Part shown: positions 1-7,163 of the stretch, one piece after another
How positions within the stretch are numbered: the stretch's first letter is position 1
Layout: each line of letters starts with the position of its first letter
Source: Ignavibacteriales bacterium
Lineage (GTDB): Bacteria; Bacteroidota; Ignavibacteria; Ignavibacteriales; Ignavibacteriaceae
Direction: 5' to 3'
NCBI GenBank assembly: GCA_045863035.1
Contig: BTUV01000005.1
Coordinates: forward strand, 47,899-111,898
DNA: 64,000 nucleotides
Translations under genes and position numbers: made by a program
The notes under the pieces: generated by a model
Told to the model about the DNA's origin: nothing
What the model saw: the letters and a program-made list of their open reading frames with translations, nothing else
The model's database searches: none

Positions 1-52
1 GTTGGGGGACCTATCAGTAAGCAACTATTAGAAAGTCTCGAAAATTGTAAAA

Positions 53-94
53 ATAGGTCATTCCCGATATTTTTTTATCCCGACGGAGTCGGGA
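53..94. repeat. Left copy of short repeat ATAGGTCATTCCCGA (53-67) followed by GC hairpin TCCCGAC-GGA-GTCGGGA (78-94)
   Basis: Read directly from the sequence. A near-identical ATAGGTCATCCCGAC occurs at 2444-2458 and AGGTCATCCCGAC at 2560-2572. A related hairpin, CGACTCC-TGT-GGAGTCG, lies at 134-150. Confidence 0.5.
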
Positions 95-469
95 GACCCA
101 TTAGTAGCAAATGCATTATCCTCAAATCTCACCCGACTCCTGTGGAGTCGAACAGGGTAGACTGAAGCGCATTGGGAGGAGGCAAAAATGCGAAAATGCC
201 AGGTCCCAGTGAGGTATTAGGGTTGTGGAAATTCTGACAATGAGCAACGCTGGCAAAAATAATTCATTCAAACCCTTGCTACCTTGGTTTTTTAGCTGTA
301 TTTTTTGGCAATAAATCGGATTCTAAATCAGGAAGAAATACAGTTTGGAAAACAGCGGAGCGAATCACAGTATAATTTCACAAATTATCAGGATTGCGAG
401 AATAATGCAGGTGAAAACCAAACAGCAATGGTACTTTTGTTGATTCTTCACTGATTTATACCCCCCTCA

Positions 470-594
470 ATGAAAAACGAAAAACTGACCCGGAAAGAGA
501 TCATTGACACCGCTTAAAGAAAGCTGGATGGAATCTGACTGACCGTACTCAGGTGGTAGTTGAAGCTAAAAAGTCGAAAGCGAATATTAGTTGA
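470..594 (+). pseudogene. Frameshifted remnant of a restriction-enzyme/helicase N-terminal (HsdR_N/Mrr-like) domain
   Basis: ATG470 reads MKNEKLTRKEIIDTA, then TAA at 515-517. Shifting one base continues (L)KKAGWNLTDRTQVVVEAKKSKANIS to a stop at 592-594. The combined EIIDTALKKAGW...VVEAKK resembles the N-terminus of type I/III restriction R subunits. It is far too short to be functional. Confidence 0.35.
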
Positions 595-775
595 AGACGG
601 AGAATCTGTTGGGGAGTCTGAGCAAATCGGTGTTTGTAGAATAAAATGATTAAAAATTGGGGTCAATGCATGGCTGATACAAAACATTTTAAGTAGTTTA
701 ACCTCCGAGTGCTGAGAGGAAAAAGCTTATTACAATCAATCGAGCTAACAACCAATTGCTTAAATAAAATTTAAG

Positions 776-2119
776 GTGACCGAGATGATAGATCAACATA
801 TTAAGGATTTTAATAATAATATAATTGGGCTTAGAGAGTTTGTCGATTTAATTGATCCGTTTCTCAATAAACAAATTGACGAACATCATGAGCACATTAT
901 CCCATTCTTCCAATATGGGCTAATAAGCGAATTGTTAGCTGGCAATAAAGATCTCGGTGATGAAGAAATCGAAAATTTAAAAGCAAACAAGCTTAATTTG
1001 GAGGAGAAAATAAGGCTTAAGTTTCCAAAAATTCCAGAAGTGATCGTTCGGAAAGTTGAAAAGGGAAATGAAAGGAAAGTTGAATTTACTTTTACAGTAG
1101 CCGATCAAAATTTGCAGAGGCATTTTAAGGCGGTAACCAAAAAATATGGGTATATAGATTTACTTTATACTAATTCTTTAATTTCGTGCCTAAGTTCTGT
1201 AGAATTGTTTTTTTCACAATTACTGCATTATTTTTATGATAGATATCCAGAATCTGCTGGTGTTCAAAAGAGAACGATGACCCTGAATGAATTAAAAGGA
1301 TTTGATAGTATATCTGATGCTGAAAAATACTTGATCGATTCAAAAATTGAAGAGGTACTTAGAGGAAATATTGAAAGTTGGATTCATTTATTGAAGTCTG
1401 AATTATCTTTTGGTTTATCGTATTTAAGTGAAATGACTGATGAGTTGGTAGAGATTTATCAGCGAAGAAACCTTCTTGTCCACAATGGTGGAGTGGTCAA
1501 CTCAATATATATTGCAAAGGTTAAACAAGAACTTAGAAAGGATTTTGCCCTCGATAGCAGATTAAAGGTTGATAAAGATTATTTAGATAAATCAATCTGT
1601 AAACTGCAGAAAACATTTCTTTTAATTTCTGCGGAATTATGGAAAAAAACAGAACCAAATAACGAATCGCGAGGAGAGGTTTTGGGAGAATTAGTATATG
1701 AAAACTTACTTTATTCTAGATGGGAAATTGCTGAGGGGCTTTCGTATTTTATTTTGAGAGATTCTTGTACTGATCCTGTTGATAAAGTTATTGCACAATT
1801 AAATTTTTGGTTATGTAAAAAAGAATTAGGTCAGTTCAATGCAATAAAGGATGAAATAAGTAAAGCAGATTATTCCGATAAAAAAGAGATATTTCAACTT
1901 GGTTTGTATGCTTTAAGAGATGATATAAAAAGTTTTTTTGAAATTCTTCCAACTGCGCTTGAATCTAAACAGATTAATATTGAGCGACTCGAAGAATTTC
2001 CCATTCTTCGTGAAATTAGAAATACACAGGAGTATAAAGAGTTCAAGGAAAAGTCAAAATATTTTAGAGAAGATAACCAAGAGGTTGAAAAGGTAGTAGA
2101 AGTAAAAAAGATTGATTAA
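776..2119 (+). CDS. Hypothetical 447-aa protein with a HEPN-type Rx4H motif (candidate RNase/abortive-infection-like effector)
   Basis: Long ORF with a GTG start (in-frame ATG at codon 4), visibly more AT-rich than the neighbouring core genes. The motif YQRRNLLVHNGG (R231-N-x3-H236, nt 1466-1483) follows a helical segment (SCLSSVELFFSQLLHYFYDRYP). No other recognisable catalytic motif was seen. The C-terminal roughly 170 aa look like helical repeats. Confidence 0.55.
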   Translation: MTEMIDQHIKDFNNNIIGLREFVDLIDPFLNKQIDEHHEHIIPFFQYGLISELLAGNKDLGDEEIENLKANKLNLEEKIRLKFPKIPEVIVRKVEKGNERKVEFTFTVADQNLQRHFKAVTKKYGYIDLLYTNSLISCLSSVELFFSQLLHYFYDRYPESAGVQKRTMTLNELKGFDSISDAEKYLIDSKIEEVLRGNIESWIHLLKSELSFGLSYLSEMTDELVEIYQRRNLLVHNGGVVNSIYIAKVKQELRKDFALDSRLKVDKDYLDKSICKLQKTFLLISAELWKKTEPNNESRGEVLGELVYENLLYSRWEIAEGLSYFILRDSCTDPVDKVIAQLNFWLCKKELGQFNAIKDEISKADYSDKKEIFQLGLYALRDDIKSFFEILPTALESKQINIERLEEFPILREIRNTQEYKEFKEKSKYFREDNQEVEKVVEVKKID

Positions 2120-2443
2120 TTCTTGTTCGAATTGTTAACAAAGTGGATTGTGGCATATTTAAAATAATGGGTATCTGAAAACGCGATGGATACGAAAATT
2201 TCGCTCGTTTAATCAGATTCATGTTTGCAGAGAAGTAAATTTCTGCGACCAAACCAAAATCCGGAAGCCCCCTCATTCCAATAGAGTTTTTAATAAAGAA
2301 GAATACCGTTGCTAAGCAATTGAAATTGAGCAGGAATTTGGTTTGTCAGGAGAGAGGGAGTTTTGGGGTGAGTTTTTTTACCCATGTATAAACCTATCCC
2401 CAATCCCATCTCGCCGCAACATGGGGATCGGTTATTACCTCCC

Positions 2444-2468
2444 ATAGGTCATCCCGACTCGTCGGGAT
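2444..2468. repeat. Right copy of repeat ATAGGTCATCCCGAC with hairpin ATCCCGAC-TC-GTCGGGAT
   Basis: Direct match to 53-67 apart from one T indel. A perfect 8-bp inverted repeat spans 2451-2468. Confidence 0.5.
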
Positions 2469-2559
2469 TCAGGGGCATGATGACTGGCTGCCGTTGCCTA
2501 CTGATCGGTCACCGGCTACACCGGTGGCGGGGCTTAATGGCGATATCTCTGTTACAAAC

Positions 2560-2580
2560 AGGTCATCCCGACTTTTCGGC
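2560..2580. repeat. Third, degenerate copy: AGGTCATCCCGAC followed by a decayed hairpin (CCGA-CTTT-TCGG)
   Basis: The 13-nt identity to 2446-2458 was read directly from the sequence. Confidence 0.4.
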
Positions 2581-2744
2581 GTTCATTAGTGGCTTAAGGG
2601 CTGCCCTCACAAATTTTAATTATTAATTTTTAAGCCTTAATTTTTTTATTCTCATCTCCGGCTTTTACCCCCCAATCCTCCAATATCCACCCCAAAAGTG
2701 GGGGCAAAACAGGGTAAAACGGGGTAAATTTTCAAAATTTCCAA

Positions 2745-2775
2745 TTTGTAGTGATTCTGAATTTCCTTATCTTTA
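2745..2775 (+). promoter_or_regulatory. Candidate Bacteroidota-type promoter for the tRNA operon (TTTG-N19-TATCTTTA)
   Basis: TTTG lies at 2745-2748, then 19 nt, then TATCTTTA at 2768-2775. This is 7/8 to the TAnnTTTG -7 consensus. It sits about 20 nt upstream of the tRNA-Leu 5' end. Confidence 0.35.
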
Positions 2776-2795
2776 AAGTCCGAAAAAAATAATTC

Positions 2796-2884
2796 GCCGG
2801 GGTGGCGGAATTGGTAGACGCACAGGACTTAAAATCCTGAGGAAACTTGTTTCCGTGCCGGTTCGAGTCCGGCCCTCGGTACCA
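2796..2884 (+). tRNA. tRNA-Leu (anticodon UAA), class II with long variable arm, CCA encoded
   Basis: Hand-folded cloverleaf. Acceptor GCCGGGG/CCTCGGT (with G-U pairs). Anticodon stem CAGGA/TCCTG with loop CTTAAAA. Variable arm AGGAAACTTGTTTCCGT. T-arm GCCGG-TTCGAGT-CCGGC, then A-CCA. Confidence 0.9.
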
Positions 2885-2914
2885 TTTATTTTGGTTCCGG
2901 CGGATTATTTCGAT

Positions 2915-2988
2915 GGGCTTTTAGCTCAGTTGGTTAGAGCGTCTGCTTGACGTGCAGAAGGTCATAGGTTCGAATCCTATAGAGCCCA
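2915..2988 (+). tRNA. tRNA-Val (anticodon GAC), CCA not encoded
   Basis: Acceptor GGGCTTT/AGAGCCC. D-arm GCTC-AGTTGGTTA-GAGC. Anticodon stem TCTGC/GCAGA with loop TTGACGT. T-arm ATAGG-TTCGAAT-CCTAT. Confidence 0.9.
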
Positions 2989-2996
2989 CTATCAGT

Positions 2997-3021
2997 CGGA
3001 TTTTATCCGGTTTTTTGTTTT
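2997..3021 (+). terminator. Weak intrinsic terminator-like hairpin after tRNA-Val
   Basis: CGGAT-TTT-ATCCG followed by GTTTTTTGTTTT. The stem is short, so the call is weak. Confidence 0.35.
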
Positions 3022-3032
3022 AAAGAGTTACA

Positions 3033-4958
3033 GTGAATATTACAGTTACCCTTCCGGACGGCAGCGCCTGGGAATTCCCAAAAGGCAGTACTGCCTTAGA
3101 AATCGCAAAAGCCATATCCCACCGCCTGGCAGACGATGCCCTCGTGGCGGTTATTAATGGCTCACAGACGGAGCTTTATACTCCGGTTGAGTCAGACTGC
3201 TCAGTCAGATTCGTGACTTTTGACCAGGAAGAAGGGAAATATGTTTACTGGCACTCAACATCGCACCTGATGGCTCATGCTATTCAGGATCTTCATCCTG
3301 AGGCAAAATTCGGTGTCGGGCCTCCTGTTGACGGCGGTTTTTATTACGATATTGACATCAATAAAAAACTCACCGAAGATGACCTGAAGGTCATTGAGGA
3401 GAGGATGTCAGTACTGGCCAAGCAGGCAAACCCGTTTGTCCGCCAGGAACTCAGCAAGTCAGAAGCTGTCGCTTTCTTTGAGAAGAAAGGGGACCCTTAC
3501 AAACTCGAAATCCTGAGTGAGCTCGACGACAAAGAGGAAACTATCAGTCTCTATCACGAGGGTGATTTTACCGATCTCTGTATCGGGCGTCATCTGCCTG
3601 ATACCGGCAAGATAAAGTATTTTAAGCTGCTGAGCGTTTCCGGATCCTACTGGCGCGGTGATGAAAAGAATAAGCAGCTTCAGAGAATTTACGGGGTTTC
3701 ATTCCCTAAAAAGAAAATGCTTGAAGATCACCTGACTTTCCTTGAAGAGGCAAAGAAGCGTGATCACCGCAAGCTCGGAAAACAGCTTGATTTATTCTCA
3801 GTACATGAGGAAGCAGGCGCAGGGCTTATTTACTGGCATCCTAAGGGAGCCCGAATCCGCCTTGAGGTTGAAGACTTCTGGAGAAAAGCTCATCTTGAGA
3901 ATGGCTATCAGATGCTTTACTCCCCCCATATGGGCAAAAGCTGGCTCTGGGAAACCAGCGGTCATCTGGGGTTTTATAAAGACACCATGTACTCGAGCAT
4001 GAAAGTTGACGAGACGGACTATTACATCAAGCCGATGAACTGTCCGTTTCACATAATGATTTATAAAACTCAGCTCCGCTCGTACCGCGATCTTCCTCTG
4101 AAATGGGCTGAGCTTGGCACGGTTTATCGGTATGAAAAATCAGGTGTGCTTCACGGCCTGCTTCGTGTGAGAGGATTTACTCAGGATGACGCACATATCT
4201 TCTGCACGCTTGAGCAGGTTGAGCCGGAAGTAATTGAAGTCATAAGATTTGCCAAGTATATACTCGGCTCATTCGGATTCACCGATCTGAATTTTTATCT
4301 TTCAACCAAACCGGAAAAAGCGGTTGGTGAAGATCATTTGTGGGAGAAAGCAACTGAATCTCTGAAACTTGCTATGGAAAAAGAAAACATTCCTTATGAA
4401 GTTGACGAGGGAGGTGGAGCGTTTTACGGACCAAAGATTGATATCAAGATTAAAGATGCTCTTAACCGCGAGTGGCAATTAAGCACAGTTCAGTTTGATT
4501 TTAATTTACCCGAACGCTTTGATATGAAATATATCGGAGAAGACGGAAAAGAACATCGTCCGTTCATGGTTCACAGAGCACTGCTCGGATCAATTGAACG
4601 GTTTTTCGGTATTCTTCTTGAGCACTATGCAGGTGATTTCCCCCTGTGGCTCGCACCGGTTCAGGCAGCTATAATACCTGTATCGCAGAACTTTATGGAA
4701 TATGCGCAGTCTGTTGCTGACCGTATGAAGAAAGCCGGTATCAGGGTTGAACTTGATCACCGCAGCGAAAAAATCGGATATAAAATAAGAGATTGGGAAC
4801 TGAAGAAAGCGCCGTATATGCTCATCGTTGGTGAGAAGGAACAGACGGCGGGAACCGTTTCCGTAAGAAAAAGAAAGTCCGCAGAAACGGGCTCTGCAAA
4901 TGTGGAAGAATTAGTTTCACAATTGCTCGAAGAAATTAACAACAAAACATTTCACTAA
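3033..4958 (+). CDS. thrS: Threonine--tRNA ligase
   Basis: 641 aa with a GTG start. TGS-like N-terminus (MNITVTLPDGS...EIAKAIS), a class II aaRS core (YRYEKSG, RGFTQDDAHIF) and a C-terminal anticodon-binding region. It heads the canonical thrS-infC-rpmI-rplT-pheST order. Confidence 0.97.
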   Translation: MNITVTLPDGSAWEFPKGSTALEIAKAISHRLADDALVAVINGSQTELYTPVESDCSVRFVTFDQEEGKYVYWHSTSHLMAHAIQDLHPEAKFGVGPPVDGGFYYDIDINKKLTEDDLKVIEERMSVLAKQANPFVRQELSKSEAVAFFEKKGDPYKLEILSELDDKEETISLYHEGDFTDLCIGRHLPDTGKIKYFKLLSVSGSYWRGDEKNKQLQRIYGVSFPKKKMLEDHLTFLEEAKKRDHRKLGKQLDLFSVHEEAGAGLIYWHPKGARIRLEVEDFWRKAHLENGYQMLYSPHMGKSWLWETSGHLGFYKDTMYSSMKVDETDYYIKPMNCPFHIMIYKTQLRSYRDLPLKWAELGTVYRYEKSGVLHGLLRVRGFTQDDAHIFCTLEQVEPEVIEVIRFAKYILGSFGFTDLNFYLSTKPEKAVGEDHLWEKATESLKLAMEKENIPYEVDEGGGAFYGPKIDIKIKDALNREWQLSTVQFDFNLPERFDMKYIGEDGKEHRPFMVHRALLGSIERFFGILLEHYAGDFPLWLAPVQAAIIPVSQNFMEYAQSVADRMKKAGIRVELDHRSEKIGYKIRDWELKKAPYMLIVGEKEQTAGTVSVRKRKSAETGSANVEELVSQLLEEINNKTFH

Positions 4959-4973
4959 TAAAGAGGTAATTCT

Positions 4974-5504
4974 ATCGCAGCCGAAGAAATCAGGATAAAT
5001 GAAGAGATCACCGCAAGAACCGTGCGCGTGATTGATTCAGCAGGAGATCAGCTTGGAGTATTTTTAGTTGCAGATGCAATCCGGCTGGCAAGATCAAAAG
5101 AACTTGACCTGGTGGAAATTGCACCAAAAGCAGAACCGCCGGTTTGTAAAATTATTGATTTCGGCAAGTACAAATATGAATTGCAGAAGCGTGAAAAGAC
5201 TCAGAAAAAGAATCAGCACGTTTCTGTAATGAAAGAGATCAGATTCCATCCGAATACTGATTCTCATGATTTTGATTTCAAAACCAAGCACGCGATTGGT
5301 TTCCTCGAAGAAGGTAACAAGGTTAAAGCAGTAGTTGTTTTTAAGGGGAGAGAAATGGCTTATACTTCGCAGGGTGAAGTTTTGCTGAACCAGTTTATCG
5401 AAAGAGTGAGCGAATATTCTAAAGTTGAAAGTCCTCTTAAAATGGAAGGACGCAACATGAATGTAATTGTGGTCCCGCAAAAGGGCAAAAAGAAAAAACA
5501 ATAA
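4974..5504 (+). CDS. infC: Translation initiation factor IF-3, probable non-AUG (ATC) start
   Basis: The track ORF starts at GTG5022 (MRVIDSAGDQLGV...). The same frame is open back to the TAA at 4959-4961 and encodes (I)AAEEIRINEEITARTV, the conserved IF-3 N-terminus. AAGAGG at 4961-4966 precedes ATC4974. IF-3 genes classically use AUU/AUC/AUA starts. Confidence 0.88.
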   Translation: MAAEEIRINEEITARTVRVIDSAGDQLGVFLVADAIRLARSKELDLVEIAPKAEPPVCKIIDFGKYKYELQKREKTQKKNQHVSVMKEIRFHPNTDSHDFDFKTKHAIGFLEEGNKVKAVVVFKGREMAYTSQGEVLLNQFIERVSEYSKVESPLKMEGRNMNVIVVPQKGKKKKQ

Positions 5505-5519
5505 ACAAATAGGAAAACA

Positions 5520-5711
5520 ATGCCTAAAATGAAAAGTAACCGCGGAGCTTCCAAAACGTTCAGAAGAACTGCTTCCGGTCAGTTTAAGAGAAAAAAGGCG
5601 TATAAGAGCCACATTCTCACGAGCAAGTCAACCAAGAGAAAAAGAAACCTGAGATCAGGTACGCTGGTTGATAAGACGAATCTACAAAAAGTTCAGATAA
5701 TGCTGCAATAA
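5520..5711 (+). CDS. rpmI: 50S ribosomal protein L35
   Basis: 63 aa, [20 protein letters not shown]..., in the position between infC and rplT. Confidence 0.95.
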   Translation: MPKMKSNRGASKTFRRTASGQFKRKKAYKSHILTSKSTKRKRNLRSGTLVDKTNLQKVQIMLQ

Positions 5712-5726
5712 AGGAGAAATGAAAAA

Positions 5727-6074
5727 ATGCCAAGATCTAAAAATAAAGTTGCAGCCCACAGAAGAAGAAAGCGCGTTCTTGAGAGAGCCAAAGGCTACTG
5801 GGGAACGAGAAAAAATGTCTGGACGGTTGCCAAAAACCACATTGAAAAAGGTTTAACTCATGCATTCAGAGACAGACGTCTTAAAAAGAGAGACTATCGC
5901 GGACTCTGGATCATCAGAATAAACGCAGGCGCAAGACTGCATGGTCTGAGCTACTCAAGACTGATTCATGCACTTGATGAAAAGAGCGTATTGCTGAACA
6001 GAAAAGTTCTTGCTAAGCTCGCTGCTGAACACCCTGCAGTATTTGCAGATGTTGTTTCTTATGTAAAAAGTTAA
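5727..6074 (+). CDS. rplT: 50S ribosomal protein L20
   Basis: 115 aa, [26 protein letters not shown]..., a typical L20. Confidence 0.97.
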   Translation: MPRSKNKVAAHRRRKRVLERAKGYWGTRKNVWTVAKNHIEKGLTHAFRDRRLKKRDYRGLWIIRINAGARLHGLSYSRLIHALDEKSVLLNRKVLAKLAAEHPAVFADVVSYVKS

Positions 6075-6097
6075 TCCATAGATACATGTTTCATTAT

Positions 6098-6135
6098 CCT
6101 CTCTTCCTTACCGGGGGGAGAGGGTATTTTGTTTT
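6098..6135 (+). terminator. Intrinsic terminator/attenuator hairpin between rplT and pheS
   Basis: CCTCTCTTCC...GGGGAGAGG stem (with G-U pairs) followed by GTATTTTGTTTT. It lies 16 nt before the pheS ATG. Confidence 0.55.
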
Positions 6136-6150
6136 AAAGGGTTATGTTCG

Positions 6151-7161
6151 ATGAAAGAAAAGATTGAAGAACTAAAAAAACGGGCTCAGGACGGGCTGGG
6201 TAAAATAAACGACCAGAAATCGCTGGAAGATTTTCGCATTGCATTTTTGGGGAGGAATGGCGCGGTCTCAGCGTTGTTTTCAGAGTTGAAGAATGTTCCT
6301 AAGGAAGAAAAACCGGTTGTTGGAAATCTTCTTAATCATTTGCGTGATGAGCTAACGGCATCCTTCACGGCAATCGCGCTGAAATATGAAAACAGCAGTG
6401 ATGAACCCGCCGCCCGCATTGATCTTTCTCTCCCCGGCAGAGCCCGCGTCATAGGAAGCCGCCACCTTGTTACACAGACCATGGATGATATAAAAGCGAT
6501 ATTTAAACGGATGGGGTTCTCGATATATACCGGTCCTGAGGTTGAATCAGATTACTACAATTTTGAAGCGCTGAACTTCCCTCCGAATCATCCCGCTCGC
6601 GATATGCAGGATACTTTTTTTATCAGTGATAATTTTGTTCTGCGTACTCATACAACGCCTGTGCAGATTCGGATAATGGAGTCGGGTCCGCCGCCTGTTC
6701 GTGCAATTATGCCGGGTAAGGTTTACCGCAATGAAGATATAAACGCGCGAAGCCATTGCATCTTTCATCAGATTGACGGCATTGCCGTGGGTGATAATAT
6801 TACATTTATGGAATTAAAAAGCACGCTGCTTTCATTCGCAAAAGAGTTTTACGGAAGCAGCATAAAACACCGTTTCCGTGCAAGTTTCTTCCCGTTTACC
6901 GAACCGAGTGCCGAGCTTGATGTTACCTGCTTTATCTGCAGCGGCAAAGGATGCAGAATGTGTAAACACTCCGGCTGGCTTGAGATTCTCGGCTGCGGAA
7001 TGGTTGACCCGAATGTATTTAAGAGCGTAGGATATAATCCGGAGGAGATTACCGGATATGCTTTTGGTATGGGGGTTGAAAGAATTGGCATTCTTAAATA
7101 TGGTCTGCCTGATATACGTCTCTATTTTGAAAATGATCTCAGATTTTTAAGGCAGTTTTAA
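6151..7161 (+). CDS. pheS: Phenylalanine--tRNA ligase alpha subunit
   Basis: 336 aa with class II motifs (LRTHTTPVQIR, FRASFFPFTEPSAE, GMGVERI). Confidence 0.97.
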   Translation: MKEKIEELKKRAQDGLGKINDQKSLEDFRIAFLGRNGAVSALFSELKNVPKEEKPVVGNLLNHLRDELTASFTAIALKYENSSDEPAARIDLSLPGRARVIGSRHLVTQTMDDIKAIFKRMGFSIYTGPEVESDYYNFEALNFPPNHPARDMQDTFFISDNFVLRTHTTPVQIRIMESGPPPVRAIMPGKVYRNEDINARSHCIFHQIDGIAVGDNITFMELKSTLLSFAKEFYGSSIKHRFRASFFPFTEPSAELDVTCFICSGKGCRMCKHSGWLEILGCGMVDPNVFKSVGYNPEEITGYAFGMGVERIGILKYGLPDIRLYFENDLRFLRQF

Positions 7162-7163
7162 TT

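Noticed and set aside
2384-2626. 80-aa ORF (MYKPIPNPISPQHGDRLLPP...)
   Set aside because: The sequence is the translation of GC-rich hairpin repeats (GHPDSSGFRG and GHPDFSAF derive from the GGTCATCCCGAC repeat). It has no start context and an implausible composition. I treated it as non-coding.
1-2760. Integrated mobile element or prophage at the tRNA genes
   Set aside because: No integrase, transposase, excisionase or duplicated tRNA 3' end is visible. The islet also lies 5' of tRNA-Leu rather than at a tRNA 3' end. Only short repeats and compositional skew support foreign origin, so I did not annotate it as a mobile element.
5094-5612. 172-aa minus-strand ORF over infC/rpmI
   Set aside because: It is an antisense shadow ORF inside highly conserved translation genes, with an F/L/S-rich junk-like sequence.
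6075-6150. pheM-like leader peptide attenuator or T-box upstream of pheS
   Set aside because: The gap is only 76 nt and holds a single hairpin. There is no Phe-rich mini-ORF and no space for a T-box. I annotated it simply as a terminator/attenuator-like hairpin.
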